This document shows, piece after piece, positions 1 to 12,232 of a stretch of DNA of 64,000 bases. This stretch comes from Camelus dromedarius (taxonomy: Eukaryota), in contig NC_087437.1 in assembly GCF_036321535.1 (NCBI RefSeq), forward strand, positions 110,610,001-110,674,000, read 5' to 3'. The notes beneath the pieces are model-generated. The model made no database searches. It was not told where the DNA came from and saw only the letters and a program-made list of their open reading frames with translations. The translations under genes were made by a program, and so were the position numbers. Numbering within the stretch: the first letter of the stretch is position 1; each line of letters begins with the position of its first letter.

Positions 1-3000
1 TGGAAGCAGAGCCTCATATGGAAGATGCTGATGTAGGAAGTGGTATCTGAGTAGGTAAATCAGTTATTTTTTTCAAAATTCAAGAGAAGGATTCAGTAAT
101 GGATTGGATGACAGAAGTATGACTAGTTGTCTGGCTTCATCAGCCCAATAGGAGCCCAATAGCCCGTCTACTAGATAAAAAGTGATGAAGGACGGTCAAG
201 TCAGGCTGGAAATAGTGATTTCAGTTTGGGGAACAGCTTGAGGGACTTGTTAAGTCTGCAGCTCAAAGAACCTTCCAGACTTTCAGGCTCAGGGAGTGGC
301 ACCAACCATCACCTGGGAGCCTTGGGTGTGGCTGGCTCCCAGCAACTGTTCTCACTCACCATCACCATCACCATCACCATCACTAGCTGATTCTCTTCGC
401 CAAGCCTTGGTTCCTCCTCGGAGGGCCTGAGTCTCACTCTCCTATCCCTGATCACCTCACCCCTGCTAAACCCCACTTAACCCAGTTCCCACGTGTGTGA
501 GCTGGGAAATCCACTTCACCGCGTGCGGCCTCAATTCCTCATCTGTACAAGGAGAGAGGGTTGGAAGAAATGGCCTACAGGAGTCCCTTGTCCACTCCGC
601 TTCGATTCCGGAGTAATACGGAGCACGTCATTGATCCATCACCAGGGGGCACCAGAGAGGCGTCCTCATGCGGGCCATGGTCGTGCCCTACGCCAGCCAG
701 AGGGCCCCCCGGGAGGCTGCGGTGGAGATGAAAAGAGAATTGGAACACGGTCTTCCCACACTCTCCTTACTCAAGCAAGGCCTTCGATCTGAAAAAAAAA
801 AAAAAAAAAAAAAAAAAGTTCAATAAACAGCACTAGCCACCAACTTTCTATTATATTTATACTCTTTACCACTTTATTAAGATGAAAAACATTGTCCCTC
901 TCTTCACTGCAGAAGTTTGAGTCAGTTAGATATATGAATTGCCAATGTAAATTAGATCCAAGAATTTTCAATCTAATTATATAACAGACAAGGAGAAAAT
1001 GCTGAAGTGGTTGATACAGACTTGTAGTTCACACCTCTATGACGCCTTAGAATCGCCTGAATGTTTTTAAATATACTGATGCCTCCTGATTCCAACCCAG
1101 AGCAGCAGCTCCCCCTTCCGAGGCCACAGCTCTCCTTTAGGCTAAAAGACGAGCTTGGGGCAGATTCCAGCTCCCTACTCACCTCCCGCCACCTCTCTCC
1201 CTCAAACTCACAGCCTAGTTGCTAAAATCAATGTTAAGTGCCTTCCTGTGTCAGTCCTGCAGAAGAAAAACTTGAGACCATCCGGCAGGCCTCCAGCAGG
1301 GGGCAGTGGTGTACACGCGGGACCGTCAAAGCTGCTTTCGTAAAAAAAGCTTTTAACGTGGCAGTTAATACAGGCCTTGTCCTGTTATCATCCTTTTGAA
1401 CGAGATAAACCCATAAAGGAAATACCATTGGAGACTTTTAGAGGCTAGAACATTCCGTTTGTTCTTTTTCAAAGAAGCAGGATCGTTGTCTTGATCCTTG
1501 TAATTCTAGCATTGTTAGTATAGCCAAGCGACGGATTTCTGGCTGGAAATGCGTGGATTTGCCAGTCTGTCCCTCCTTGTGGGGGTCTAATCCTGGTCAT
1601 TAACACTTAATAGAAAAGCTGTTACAGTGTGCAAGTCACAATGAGCTTTCTTTTCTCACCTCTGATATAGCAATAAGATTATCTGTCCAATCCATCTCAC
1701 AGGACTTTGTAAGGGTCAGACAGAATAACATAAAACAAGGTGCTTTGTCATGTTCAAAAAGGATGCAAATGCCTAATGAAACTCCTTCAGAGGTGAGGAT
1801 CATATCACAGTGTTTTACTTACAATTAGTCAAAAACGAACAATCCAAACATCCAAAATGATCAAATTTGAGGCCCTTATTTTTCAGCATGTATTTGAGGG
1901 CAGGTATGGTGTGTCCATAAAAAAATAAATAAATAATAAAACAGAAAGGTACCCTACCTGGATGCACAAGTTTCATCTGGCTGTGAGGGTCATCCAGTTC
2001 AGCGTGTCTCCTCCGCCCTTTGGCGGTTCGGAAGCTCACCCTGGGGTTGCAGGCAGGTCATCCTTTAGTTACAGTAAACACAGAACAGAATCCCAACAGC
2101 CAGCTTCAGTGTCTCTTAATTTCTAGTCTAGTCCATCTTGCTGTGGAGTTTAAACGACTGAAGCATAGCATGACTCCAAAGTTTCTATCACCAATGCCAC
2201 CCCTCTGGTGGATTTTTCCTAACTCTGGACAGCTCAGAATTTTCAGGATTTCCTTTTGGCCATCAAATTGCTTTTATTAATCAATGTATTTAATTGCGTA
2301 AGTATATATCACAGATAGGGAAATACATTGATCATTCTAACCAGCATGTGTGTACCAGGGTGGTTGCACCGAGTTAGTACGAGCCCAGGTTCAAAGTGAG
2401 GACATGTAGTGTTTGAATTTATCTCAGACTGTTTTGAAAGCTGATGTATCATTTCATTAGGCTTTTTGAAAAACTGAAAAAAGCTCTGGGCCTCTCTAAT
2501 ACTCATAACAAGTGAATAAAAGCTGCGGTTTTACACAGCCTAGCATTTAAAGAAAATACACTGATGCACTGGTCGCAACCCAGAGATTGTGATTCTCTCG
2601 GTCTGCGGTGTGTCCTGGCATCAATCTGTTTCCAAAGTTGTTCAGGGTTGAGTGCCGCCGATGGGTGAGAATTTCTGATAACATTTCTCTTGTTACTACC
2701 AGAAGATGTCTGCGTGCACATTAAGCTGTGATGTGCTTTCTCTGGAGGAAGGGTGGCCTCTTCCGGAACTGCAGGAAACCCAGAGAGAAAGTGTCCTACA
2801 GGGCACGACAGGGAATCGCGGTGGGAGGGGGTATGAGGAGGGGTTTAGGGAAGGCGTCCACTTGCCGGGTCCCTTCACTGTCTGCACACAACCATCACTG
2901 CTGCTCCTTCTGAAAGACCCAGGAACTCGCCCTTGTCCCTCCTCTTCAGAGCTGCCTCACCCCAAGTTTTGTAACGAGGGCGGATGCTTAGTCAAGATGG

Positions 3001-4019
3001 AACGATTCCCCACTTTCCTGCTGTCTCAAAAAAAAAAGCATTTTTCTATCTAGGTTGAAATTTCTCTGAAGAAATGGGAAATGACAGCCCTGTGACGCCC
3101 CTCCCAGTATTAGTGATGCTGCTGGAGGGTGTAGAGCGTCAGAGACAGCTCTTCTTAAATAAAACCCATACCAAATTTTTCAGGTTATTAAGAAAAATGA
3201 GCAGAAGAAAATAAGTCAATTGCAATTCTTAAAACTCAAATATCAATTAAAAAATAATAATTTCAAGAACTATCAGCTGATTGAAGATTTGGGGGGGGAA
3301 AAAGGTGATGCATCAATAAATAAAAGTGAAGTATTAATAAAACGATGGTAGAACTCTCCAGTGTGTTCCTTATAAAAATCGAGTCAATGATGTGATTTCA
3401 ATTAAGAGAAATTGCATGTGTCCTGGATAAGATTTAGTAAGAAAAGGAAGGAAACAACAAAAAACAGCTGATAGAATTCTACACATATTTGTGTTTTTGA
3501 TTTCTTTATATGTGTAAAGATACGTGAGTGATATAAAATTCAAGCAGAAAACAGATTTTAGTAAATATTTCCTATCTTAGCTAAGACAGACTGTGCAGTG
3601 GGTTTTCATTCTTTTTTTAATTTTAAAATCAGGGTGCATCAGACTGAGACATCCAAATGTGAATTACTGAGTAATATGTAAGTGACATAGGACACATCTA
3701 CAAATTGCCATTTTGATCAAAGCCTCCTTTTTTGTTTTAAAAATTAAGTACATAAATTAAGTTCACTTTCGAGGTAGCTTTCCCATTTTTTTTAAAGTTC
3801 TATGTAAAAACTTTCTTATTCTAATCACTTATATCACTACTAATTCTAAATTTACTTTTGTATATTTACTGGGGTGATGAATAACTTTACTAATTCTATT
3901 AAGAATAAAGTATTTTCCAGCTGCTTCCCTGAATAGACCCACGTTCAATTTTCACTTGATTGGCCAAAACCAAAGCCCGAAATTTCCAGAGCAAACTTGG
4001 CATCATCTCATCATCTCAC

Positions 4020-4270
4020 TGAGCTATCCATGAGGTTGAGGCCCCACTGCCTCCTGGTCCTGGGGGGTCGGGGGTGGGAGAAAGCAGGAAAGGACCATTA
4101 ATTGAGTCACATGATGATGTAGGTATTGTTAACCCACCTTAGAGGAGAGGAAAGAGACTCAGAAGGGTCTGGTGTCTTGCCCAGGATCACACAGCTGGCA
4201 GACGAAAATGTCAGGGTTCAGCACACAGGCACCCATGCCAAAGCCCAGCAGTTTCCATCCACTTGGGCTG
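4020..4270. mobile_element. MIR SINE remnant
   Basis: MIR core-like text: cccaccttagaggagaggaaagagactcagaagg...cttgcccaggatcacacagctggca. Boundaries approximate. Confidence 0.55.
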
Positions 4271-4657
4271 AGTGGGAAGGTGTTGACTGCCCTCTAAAAT
4301 AATCCCAATTTCTCAGGCAATAATTTTCCATTTTTTCTCAGAAGGTCCCCCAAAATAGTTTTTGAAAACTCTGTACCCTCATTGACACCTAAATGTTTTC
4401 CATTATTAATTTAAATCATTGCAAAGGATGCCATTTCTGCTTACAGTAGATGGTTCCAGTAATGGTCTCAAATGAGTCACACCTCCGTGGGCCCAGACCC
4501 TCAGGCACTTCCTTCCCAACCTGCCTCTGGGATTGGCTACCTGACTTGCTAAATTTAGCCAATGGGATATAAGCAAACTTGGGTCAGAAGAGGCTTGAAA
4601 ATGGCTTGTGCTCTGGGGATTGGCCCACATGTGCTTTGAAACCCTGAGGCCATCATG

Positions 4658-4985
4658 TGTTGTAGACTGAATGTTTGTGTCTTCCCCTCAAAATTCATAT
4701 GTTGGGGTCCCAACACCCAATGTGATGGTTTTAGGAGGTGAGGCTTTTGAGGGGTGATAAGGTTTAGATTAGTGCATGAGCGGAAGATATTTATGAGGCA
4801 GTTAATGCCCTTAACATGAGAGAGAGAGCGGCGTGGAGAACACAGAGAGAAGGCAGCTGTCTACAAGCCTGGACACAGGCTGTCATCAGGAACTCAGTCT
4901 GCTGGGACCTTGATGTGGTATTTCCAGTCTCCCTAACTGTGAGAAATTGACGTCTGCCATTCAAGCCACCAGGTCTCTCTGTGGT
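4658..4985 (+). mobile_element. MaLR solo LTR, MLT1A/B-like
   Basis: Starts tgttgtagactgaatgtttgtgtc..aaattcatatgtt; contains ccagtctccctaactgtgagaaat..aagccacc typical of MLT1. Confidence 0.8.
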
Positions 4986-7900
4986 GGTGGACATACGATT
5001 GTGAAAGGGGAGGGGGGAGGGAGTTACATGCCCGCCGCAAGCACAGTCCTAGGTGGGTAAAATTCAGGAAGGACTGTTTGGGTGTGGATTCCTCTTAACC
5101 TGTTTGCTTCCTTGAACCCCCTGGAAAATCACTTTTGGGTTCAAGGGATGCCTTGCTTAGTTGTATCTGATTCATCTTTCTCTGTCTCTCTGAGACTTGA
5201 AAGGTTTATTGAAAAATCCACCAGCCATTGTCCTTTTCCCTGGTCTATAAAAAGCTCTCTTGTTCCATAATGGCTTTTAATCAGACATCATGATTCGTTG
5301 CAAGTGAACAGAAACTTCACCCACCAACCATGCCTCGCTTGATTTTCTATTCATTCCCAAGACTAAGTAATCCTGTTCTTAGAGTCGTAATCACTTTCCC
5401 ATCTGCTAGATTTTATTAATGAATTGTTAGATTATGATCCAGTTGAGCCAGAACTTGATTCTGTGGCATCTCTGTTTCCACTATTAAGTCTTATTTAAAC
5501 CTAAAAGAAAAGGTCTGTAAACCCTTATTCTTCCTCTCAAGTGTCATTCCCTTTACTAGTATACGCTGGGAAGAGGACTGGATTGCCCAAGCATGCCTGT
5601 GATATAAAGCTGATTTTATCACTACTATAAAAGCTCTGTTTTCATTTAAATCTGGAGGCAAAACAAGCAGCAGCATGTATGGGGTGAAGGACACTTAAAA
5701 TCCCTGGGGTTTTGAAAGGAAGAAGGCGTTGACGTTCAACTTGTGTCTCATAAATACCCCAAATCCCGTAGACTAATGGCCAAACATCCCAGTAAAACTG
5801 AGTGTGGACCGGATGGACGAGGATGGAGCAGAGAGAAGGCCCAGCTCACCAAGCACATCCAGCCCAGGAGTCTAAATACAAGCTCAGGTGAAAAAGCCAG
5901 ATTCCCACGGCAAAGCCACAGGCATGTCTGGGACAAAGTAAAGACACTGGACAGGAAATAGGATCCTGGTCACTCACCAGAAGTCAAAACAGGAGCATGG
6001 TATCCTACAACTTAAAAATGTGCTTAAAAATGTTTAAGATGCATTATAAATACACCCAAATTCATTTCTGTGACCAGGCTCTAAGGATTTAATTGGACCC
6101 ATGCACAAAGAATATACAATATGCATGTTCACAGTGTTTTTTTGTAATGGTAAGCAGTAGAATGAATTCTTAATGTCCAGCAGCAGGGAATTGGATGTGT
6201 GAGTTATGGTGAATTACGGTCCGTGTATTAAGATGGATTACGATGTAGTTATGACTTAGAGTGACATAGACCTATTCATAATGTCATAGAAAAACATCCC
6301 ATGATTTGCATCATAAAGGCTAAAAATCAGGTTAATAAAATAATGAGTTAATTATAAAATAGTACGCACCCACCGTGTGTGTGTTTGCACACGTGCGTGT
6401 ATTCAAGGAGCAGTCAGGAAAGAGTAAGCCAAAATGGTAACATCTTGATTGAAAGTGAAGGTGTAATAATCAACCAACCCTTCATGTCTAAACCTCAAGA
6501 CAATGACACTAGGCAGAAAACACAAGCACAGAGCAGAACACAACAGAACACAGGATGTCCTGTTTAAGATGAAGACACCGAAATCAGAAACGAAGAAGGA
6601 GCTCCTGGGAACAGACCAGGAAGACTCAAATGACTCTCAGAAAAACAGACCAAGTCCTGAAGCCAAAAAGGATGGAGATGAGGCTCAGAAAGACGACTGC
6701 AACTCTGTTAGGGTCCCACTGGCTTAAAAACTCATTTTGGTTTGGCCTGGGGGTGGAGCACATTGAAATATGGAAAATAGGGCCACATTCTATAGTGGCT
6801 CCTGAGTTTTCAAATATTAAGGACCATGGATTTAGGTTTTACAAAGAGGATCATGCCTCCCCTACCTGGGAGCGGTTGACGGTTCAGATAATTCTACGTG
6901 TGCATGTGGATAATAATCCCAAACCACTAGACAACAGCAGAGGACCTACTGCCCACCAGTCAGAAACCACCAGCCCACACTGAGTCTGCCGTTAAAAGCG
7001 GTGACGAGGACTTGTCCATCCATCATTTTGCACTGAGCACATGGTTGAGGTGGCAGACATGGGTGACGGCAGACACTGCCTTAACTCAACAGGATAACTT
7101 ATAGGCTACAAGTTGCTTCATACTGTAGAAATGGTGGGATAGACCAGAGTAACCTATTGTAGACGAGTGGTATTTAATAAAGACATTCTATTGGTATCAG
7201 GAGGAGCAGGTTATAACAGGGAGGACAAGGTAAACAGAGTGATCCAGGGACATGTTTTGGGGAGGTTTCCACCTCTGCTTCAGGCAGTAGAAGCTGGTAA
7301 TTTACCAACAGCCTCCGTGTGCAGATGGGGTTTACAGAGCTCCGCATTCACAATTTGTCTTTTGAGTATTCCTTGGTTTTTCTACAAACAATGACATCTT
7401 TGATTTAGAGAATCCTGTGGAGAATGTGATACTGCAGTTCTGATCGCACACATTTTATAAATGAGTGGCTGAATATTTTGAGTATTTTTATTATTATTAT
7501 TCTCCCTGTATTTTCATTGCTCCCTCTTCCCTACCTGCCCAATACTTACCTTTCTTCTAAGAAGGGACAGTCACAGGGATTCCTTACTCCAGGATAGGTT
7601 TGTAGCCAGACGAAAAGCAGAAAGTGCCTGGAAGACTTGGGTAAAATTTGAGTATCAACAAAAACTCTGGGGTAAAAATAAGGGCTTGCCTACTCTGCTC
7701 CCCACCCCCGTGACCCACACTCACCCACACACAGAAAGTCATATGCACTGGCTGGGGATGCAGGCAGAAGGGAGAGGTCTGAAGGATGGAAGGAGTGACA
7801 ATTGGGCAAGGCATCCTTGGCAACACCCCAGGGAGGACACAAAATGCCAGGGGACCTGGTTGCAGAGGTGGGAGAGCTGAGCTGGGCAGAAGGAAACACT

Positions 7901-8444
7901 GGAGAGCCCACCATCAAACTTGAGCGAGCCCACGGACATTGACAAGGACATCCCCCAATGACAAGGACAATGGTCATAGCTATAGCGACCTCAGTGGATT
8001 TATGGACTCTGAGACTGGAGGGAGGACCCCCCAATTACCCCCAAATCTTGACAACCAGCGAGAGAAGGGTGAACTGAGGGCATTTTCTGCCAGTCCGATG
8101 GGATGCAAGCCCGGAAAAGAATTAAGTTCAGGTAAAAAGGCACGGTTATTTCTGTACGCTTGACTTCAAGCACTCAATTTCTCCACACTGACAGATTCAG
8201 AAATTGGACAGGAAAGCAGCCCCAAGTGCCTAAATCTGACTTATACTGGGTGCAAAATGTTGGGATCATTTCCTCAGGTGTCAAGCTGGCTTCACTCATC
8301 TCCCCAAAGGAATACAATGGATACATAAAGAAATCTTTCTGTATTTCCAAATGTACATACTGGTGTAGCAGAGCCTGAATGTACTTAAAAAGGTACTTGT
8401 TCCAAATCATCGTTCAACATCAAAGAGTTCAGAGACCACCAAAT

Positions 8445-8607
8445 CAACACTTCCCAACCTTGAACGCGCAGATGAATCAGCTGGGGATCTTGTTGAAACG
8501 CAGGTTCCTGTAGGTCTGGGTGGAACCCTAGTTTCTGCATCCCTAACAAACTCCTAAGATCTGATGTCGATGCTGTTAGTCCATGAACCACACTGAGGAG
8601 CAAGGCA
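8445..8607. mobile_element. MER5A-like hAT DNA transposon remnant
   Basis: gaatcagctggggatcttgttgaaa..taggtctggg..tctgcatccctaacaaactcc..gatgctg..accacactgaggagcaagg. Confidence 0.7.
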
Positions 8608-9070
8608 CTCGATAGAGCTTTCCCAGTCTGGGGAGTGCAGGATGAGAAAGCTTGTTCACCTGGAGGGCAGTTGTGGGTGGGGTCAACTGTGACTGGGGAA
8701 GGCTCAGTCCAAGTTAGGTTGGAGAGGTGTAAGAAGGGGACACTAAAAGGGTAAGGCAGCCCAAGACTGCATCTACCCTTTCTGTGAGTCTGCAGGCAGC
8801 AAGACTCTCAGGGACAAATATGGAGGCAGACCCTGGATTCAAGAGCTTACTTCCCAGGCCAGTCTAAGCTCTGCATTTCACACCCCAGTACTTCCTCTGA
8901 CAACCCTCAGCCTGCTCCCACCAGGAGGGGGCAGGAGACTGGAAAAGAGTGCTCAGTATGGGTACAGATTCACATCTGTGCTATTTCCTGTACTCCAATC
9001 AGTAGACCAAGATGCCGAGAAACTATAATGTCTTTTGTTGTTGTTGTTGTTAAAGCTTCAAGCTCTACCA

Positions 9071-9500
9071 ACAGCAAAAGATAAATACCTACCGTATGCT
9101 CCCACTTACATGTGTACTCTAAAAAGCAAACAAAAAACAAAAGACACTGAGCTCGTGGATATAGAGAACAGACTGGTGGTTGCCTGAGCTGGGTGGGGGA
9201 TGAGCAAAAGGGGTGAAGGACAGCAAGAGGTTTCAAAGTTTCAAAGTAAACCCGTCATGGAGATGAAATGTACAGCATGGTGACTGTAGCTCATAATACT
9301 GTATTGCATATTATTTGAAATTAGCTAGAAGAATGGATCTGGAAGGTTCTCATCACAGGAAGAAAAAATTCCTGATAACTATGTATGGTGACAAATGTTA
9401 ACTAGACTTATGGTGGTGATCATTTTGCAATATATACATTATGTTTTGTACTTGAAACTAACATGTGTCAAATACACCTCAATTAAAAAAAAAAAAAAAA
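9071..9500 (+). mobile_element. 5'-truncated L1 (3'UTR with poly-A)
   Basis: gagaacagactggtggttgcc..gtacagcatggtgact..ttctcatcac..ggtgatcattttgcaatatatac..acctcaattaaaaaa(A)n. Confidence 0.85.
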
Positions 9501-9506
9501 CTTCAG

Positions 9507-9621
9507 GAGATAGGGGTATAGCTCAGTGGTAGACAGCATGCTTGTTTGGCATACATGAGGTCCTAGGTTCAACCCCGAGTGCCTCCATTAAGGGAAAACC
9601 AAACCAAACCAAACCAAACAG
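9507..9621 (+). mobile_element. tRNA-derived SINE, camelid vic-1-like, with (AAACC)n tail
   Basis: A box tagctcagtggtaga, B box ggttcaacccc; flanked by aacttcag direct repeats (9499-9506, 9622-9629). Confidence 0.85.
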
Positions 9622-9769
9622 AACTTCAGCCTCTACCAAGTCAATTTTCTTTTGATGATCACGATAATTATTTATGGAGAAAAAAAGGGCATTCCCAGGA
9701 ATTTTCTCCCACATACTTTGTTCCCACCAACAGTTCCTACCCATCCTCCCACTAAAAAGGTACAGGACT

Positions 9770-11762
9770 GTCCAGACACTTTTCAATGTTTTTATTGTTT
9801 GACAGGCATTTACAACGTTCCATTCATAGACCTAAAAACATAAAAATAGACCTTCTTTCAGCTTATAAAAGAAATATATAAGAACTTTTGACATAGACAC
9901 GTCATGACCTTATATACAAGAGACAATGGCACCCTCTCCAAGCACCAGACTTTCCAGCCTTTTCAGACGAACCCGTTGCACTGGGACTCGTAAATGTGAC
10001 TATTAGAAGCCGCTGCTTCGGTTTTCCATCCAGACACAATCGAACTGGAGATGATATGGAACAATGCAGTGATACAAAGGGTATAGAAACCATTCTAAAG
10101 CTTTTTAAGAAAATCAGAAGATATAGCAAAAATTTAATAGAATAAAACTCTCAAAAGATCAAGCTCAAAGCCCTGGAAACCCGAAAGGGGAGGAACAGAG
10201 GAAGGAAAAGCAGGTAAAGCTAAAGCAAGCAGGGGCACAAGAGCATGACGTTCTGAACTCTCTATTGTCTGGAAATATAAAGTCAGAACTGATTTTTATA
10301 AAATATAATTCCTAAAGCTACTATAAAATTCAGGTCTTTAAAGTACCTACTGATGTGTCAAACACCAAATAGATATTTTCCCCAAAAAGAAAGTTTTCAT
10401 ATTATTTAACCCTTTCTTAGGAAGTGGACATTGTGAAATGGGAAAAAAAGAGAAAAGCTATAAACCTTTAAAAAAAATTTGAAAGTGCTTTAAGTTGTTT
10501 TTGTTCTTCCTATTTGGAAATCTGTTTAGAACGTTAGATCTTTAGCATGCTTACCCTGTTTGTCGGCATGAAGAAAGTGTTAAACACAAGAAATGTTTTT
10601 GAAGAGGTTGTTTTGTTAAGAGATTCAGTTATGGACTGCCTGGGAAGGGACATGTAACCTATGGATGAAGATGTAACTTTGATGGGAAGACCAATGATCG
10701 TCATGACAATGTCTCACTCTCATGAGACAGAGTCCCCCTCCCCCGCCATGTGCAACAGACACACACACTGCCCATTCCAGTGTCATGTTTAATCCAACCA
10801 AGCTCCCATCTCAGAGATTCAAACATTAAAAACAAACAAACAAAAAAAAAAACTGCTTCTTGGGAAAAAAAGTTTCTCCTAAGTATTTTGTTGGCCTTTC
10901 ATATATAAATATAAAATCACCATGCCTCACTCTCTCTGTAAAAGGTAAAATCCTCATTTTTTAGACTCAGAGTTACACTAACACTGTAAAAGTCTCCTCT
11001 GTTTGTGCCCCAGCATCTCAGGTAAAATACAAAAAATAGTGTTTTTTTTTTTAAGTGATAAATTTGGATCTCTTTTCAAAGAGTTTGGCATCTTTATAAT
11101 TCTATGCAAAACTAGAACTTCCGAACACTGACATCGAGTAAGACCAGCCATAGACCGAAACAGAAGAGAAAAAAAAAAACAAAACGAAAAAAGGCTCATC
11201 GAAACATAAATCTCCACCCTCTCCTCACACATTCTTAAAATACACAGATATTCTCAGACATTTAAGAGAGAAAAGAGAACACTGCAAGCTGTACAGTTGC
11301 TTTGTTTTGTTTTGTTTCCCCAACTAGGAGATGGCTCCTGGATTGATTTCAGATAGTCTTTATTATTTTTTCGTGTGCTATCCCTTAAGCTAATCTGTTG
11401 TATATACTTAAACTCCTGGGGGTAATTCGTTTTCCAGTGCTATAGGATCGCTTTTATTTTTTCTTTGTCTTTCTTTTTTAATTCTTCAGGCCCTGATTAA
11501 TCGAGAATAAATAAAAGCCCTTAGTAATCTACAGGAGATAGGACTCAAGCTTATTTGCGATTCTTGAACAATTCTCTCTGACGTTAGAAATGACGAAGTT
11601 GGGTGGCTAGGAGGCTTCGGAACAAAGCCAGCTGCCAGAACGGTGTGTGCAAGACTGCGACTTGGGGGAGCGCTCTCCCCCATCCCAGGGGCCGGGGCCG
11701 GGGCGGAGCGAGGGCCGCGCGGGAGGCGTATCTACACAGGCTCTAAGGGGACCGTGACACCG
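9770..11762 (-). other. TIAM1: TIAM1 3'UTR (~2 kb; 3' end approximate)
   Basis: Repeat-free, U-rich stretch between the stop codon and a minus-strand AATAAA, beyond which transposon sequence begins; carries many miRNA seed matches. Confidence 0.8.
9791..9796 (-). terminator. Polyadenylation signal AATAAA of TIAM1
   Basis: Plus strand tttatt at 9791-9796; GT-rich sequence follows on the minus strand (gtgtctggacagtcctgtacctttttagtggg). Confidence 0.75.
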
Positions 11763-12232
11763 TCAGATCTCAGTGTTCAGTTTCCGGGAGGGGGCAAAGT
11801 CTTCACGCCTAACCCAAATGACCTCCTCGCTCGTGCTCTCCAGGCCTCCATTGATGCCCGGCAGGGCGGCTTGCTTCTTGAGCTGCGCCAGGCGGGACGC
11901 GTGACTGTCCGGGGCTCTGCGGCCTCTCTCCCGCTGGCTGATGGAGGCGGCCTGAAGCCGCTCCCGGAGGTCTCCGTCGGCGGCGGCGCCCTTCGCCGAC
12001 TCACAGAACTCATCATCGTCACTGAGGATGTCTGTCTCCTTGATGTCATCTTGCTCCTCATACTGAGCAAGATCAAACTGTTCCTCTACCCATCGGTCAG
12101 TGTCCCCGCCACCGGGCGGCTGCTGGGACTCTCTCTCCGGGCTGCTGGCGGAGATGGCATCGGAATCAATGGTAAACCTGTTTCGAGCCAGTCGCCGCCT
12201 CCTCCTCCCAAGAGACTTGCTTGGGGCGGACA
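11763..12232 (-). CDS. TIAM1: TIAM1 terminal exon, coding part, 470 nt including TGA
   Basis: (V)SAPSKSLGRRRRRLARNRFTIDSD...KETDILSDDDEFC...EEVIWVRREDFAPSRKLNTEI*; acceptor gtgtgtgcag; stop TGA at 11765-11763. Confidence 0.98.

Noticed and set aside
5743..8163. Purine-rich plus-strand ORFs (5743-5961, 6503-6983, 7939-8163) as exons of a convergent gene
   Set aside because: No recognisable homology and no consistent acceptor/donor chain I could build; lengths are within chance expectation.
9770..11762. miR-31 seed site reported for human TIAM1
   Set aside because: I did not find ggcaaga on the plus strand by eye; only a partial gcaaga at 11649-11654.
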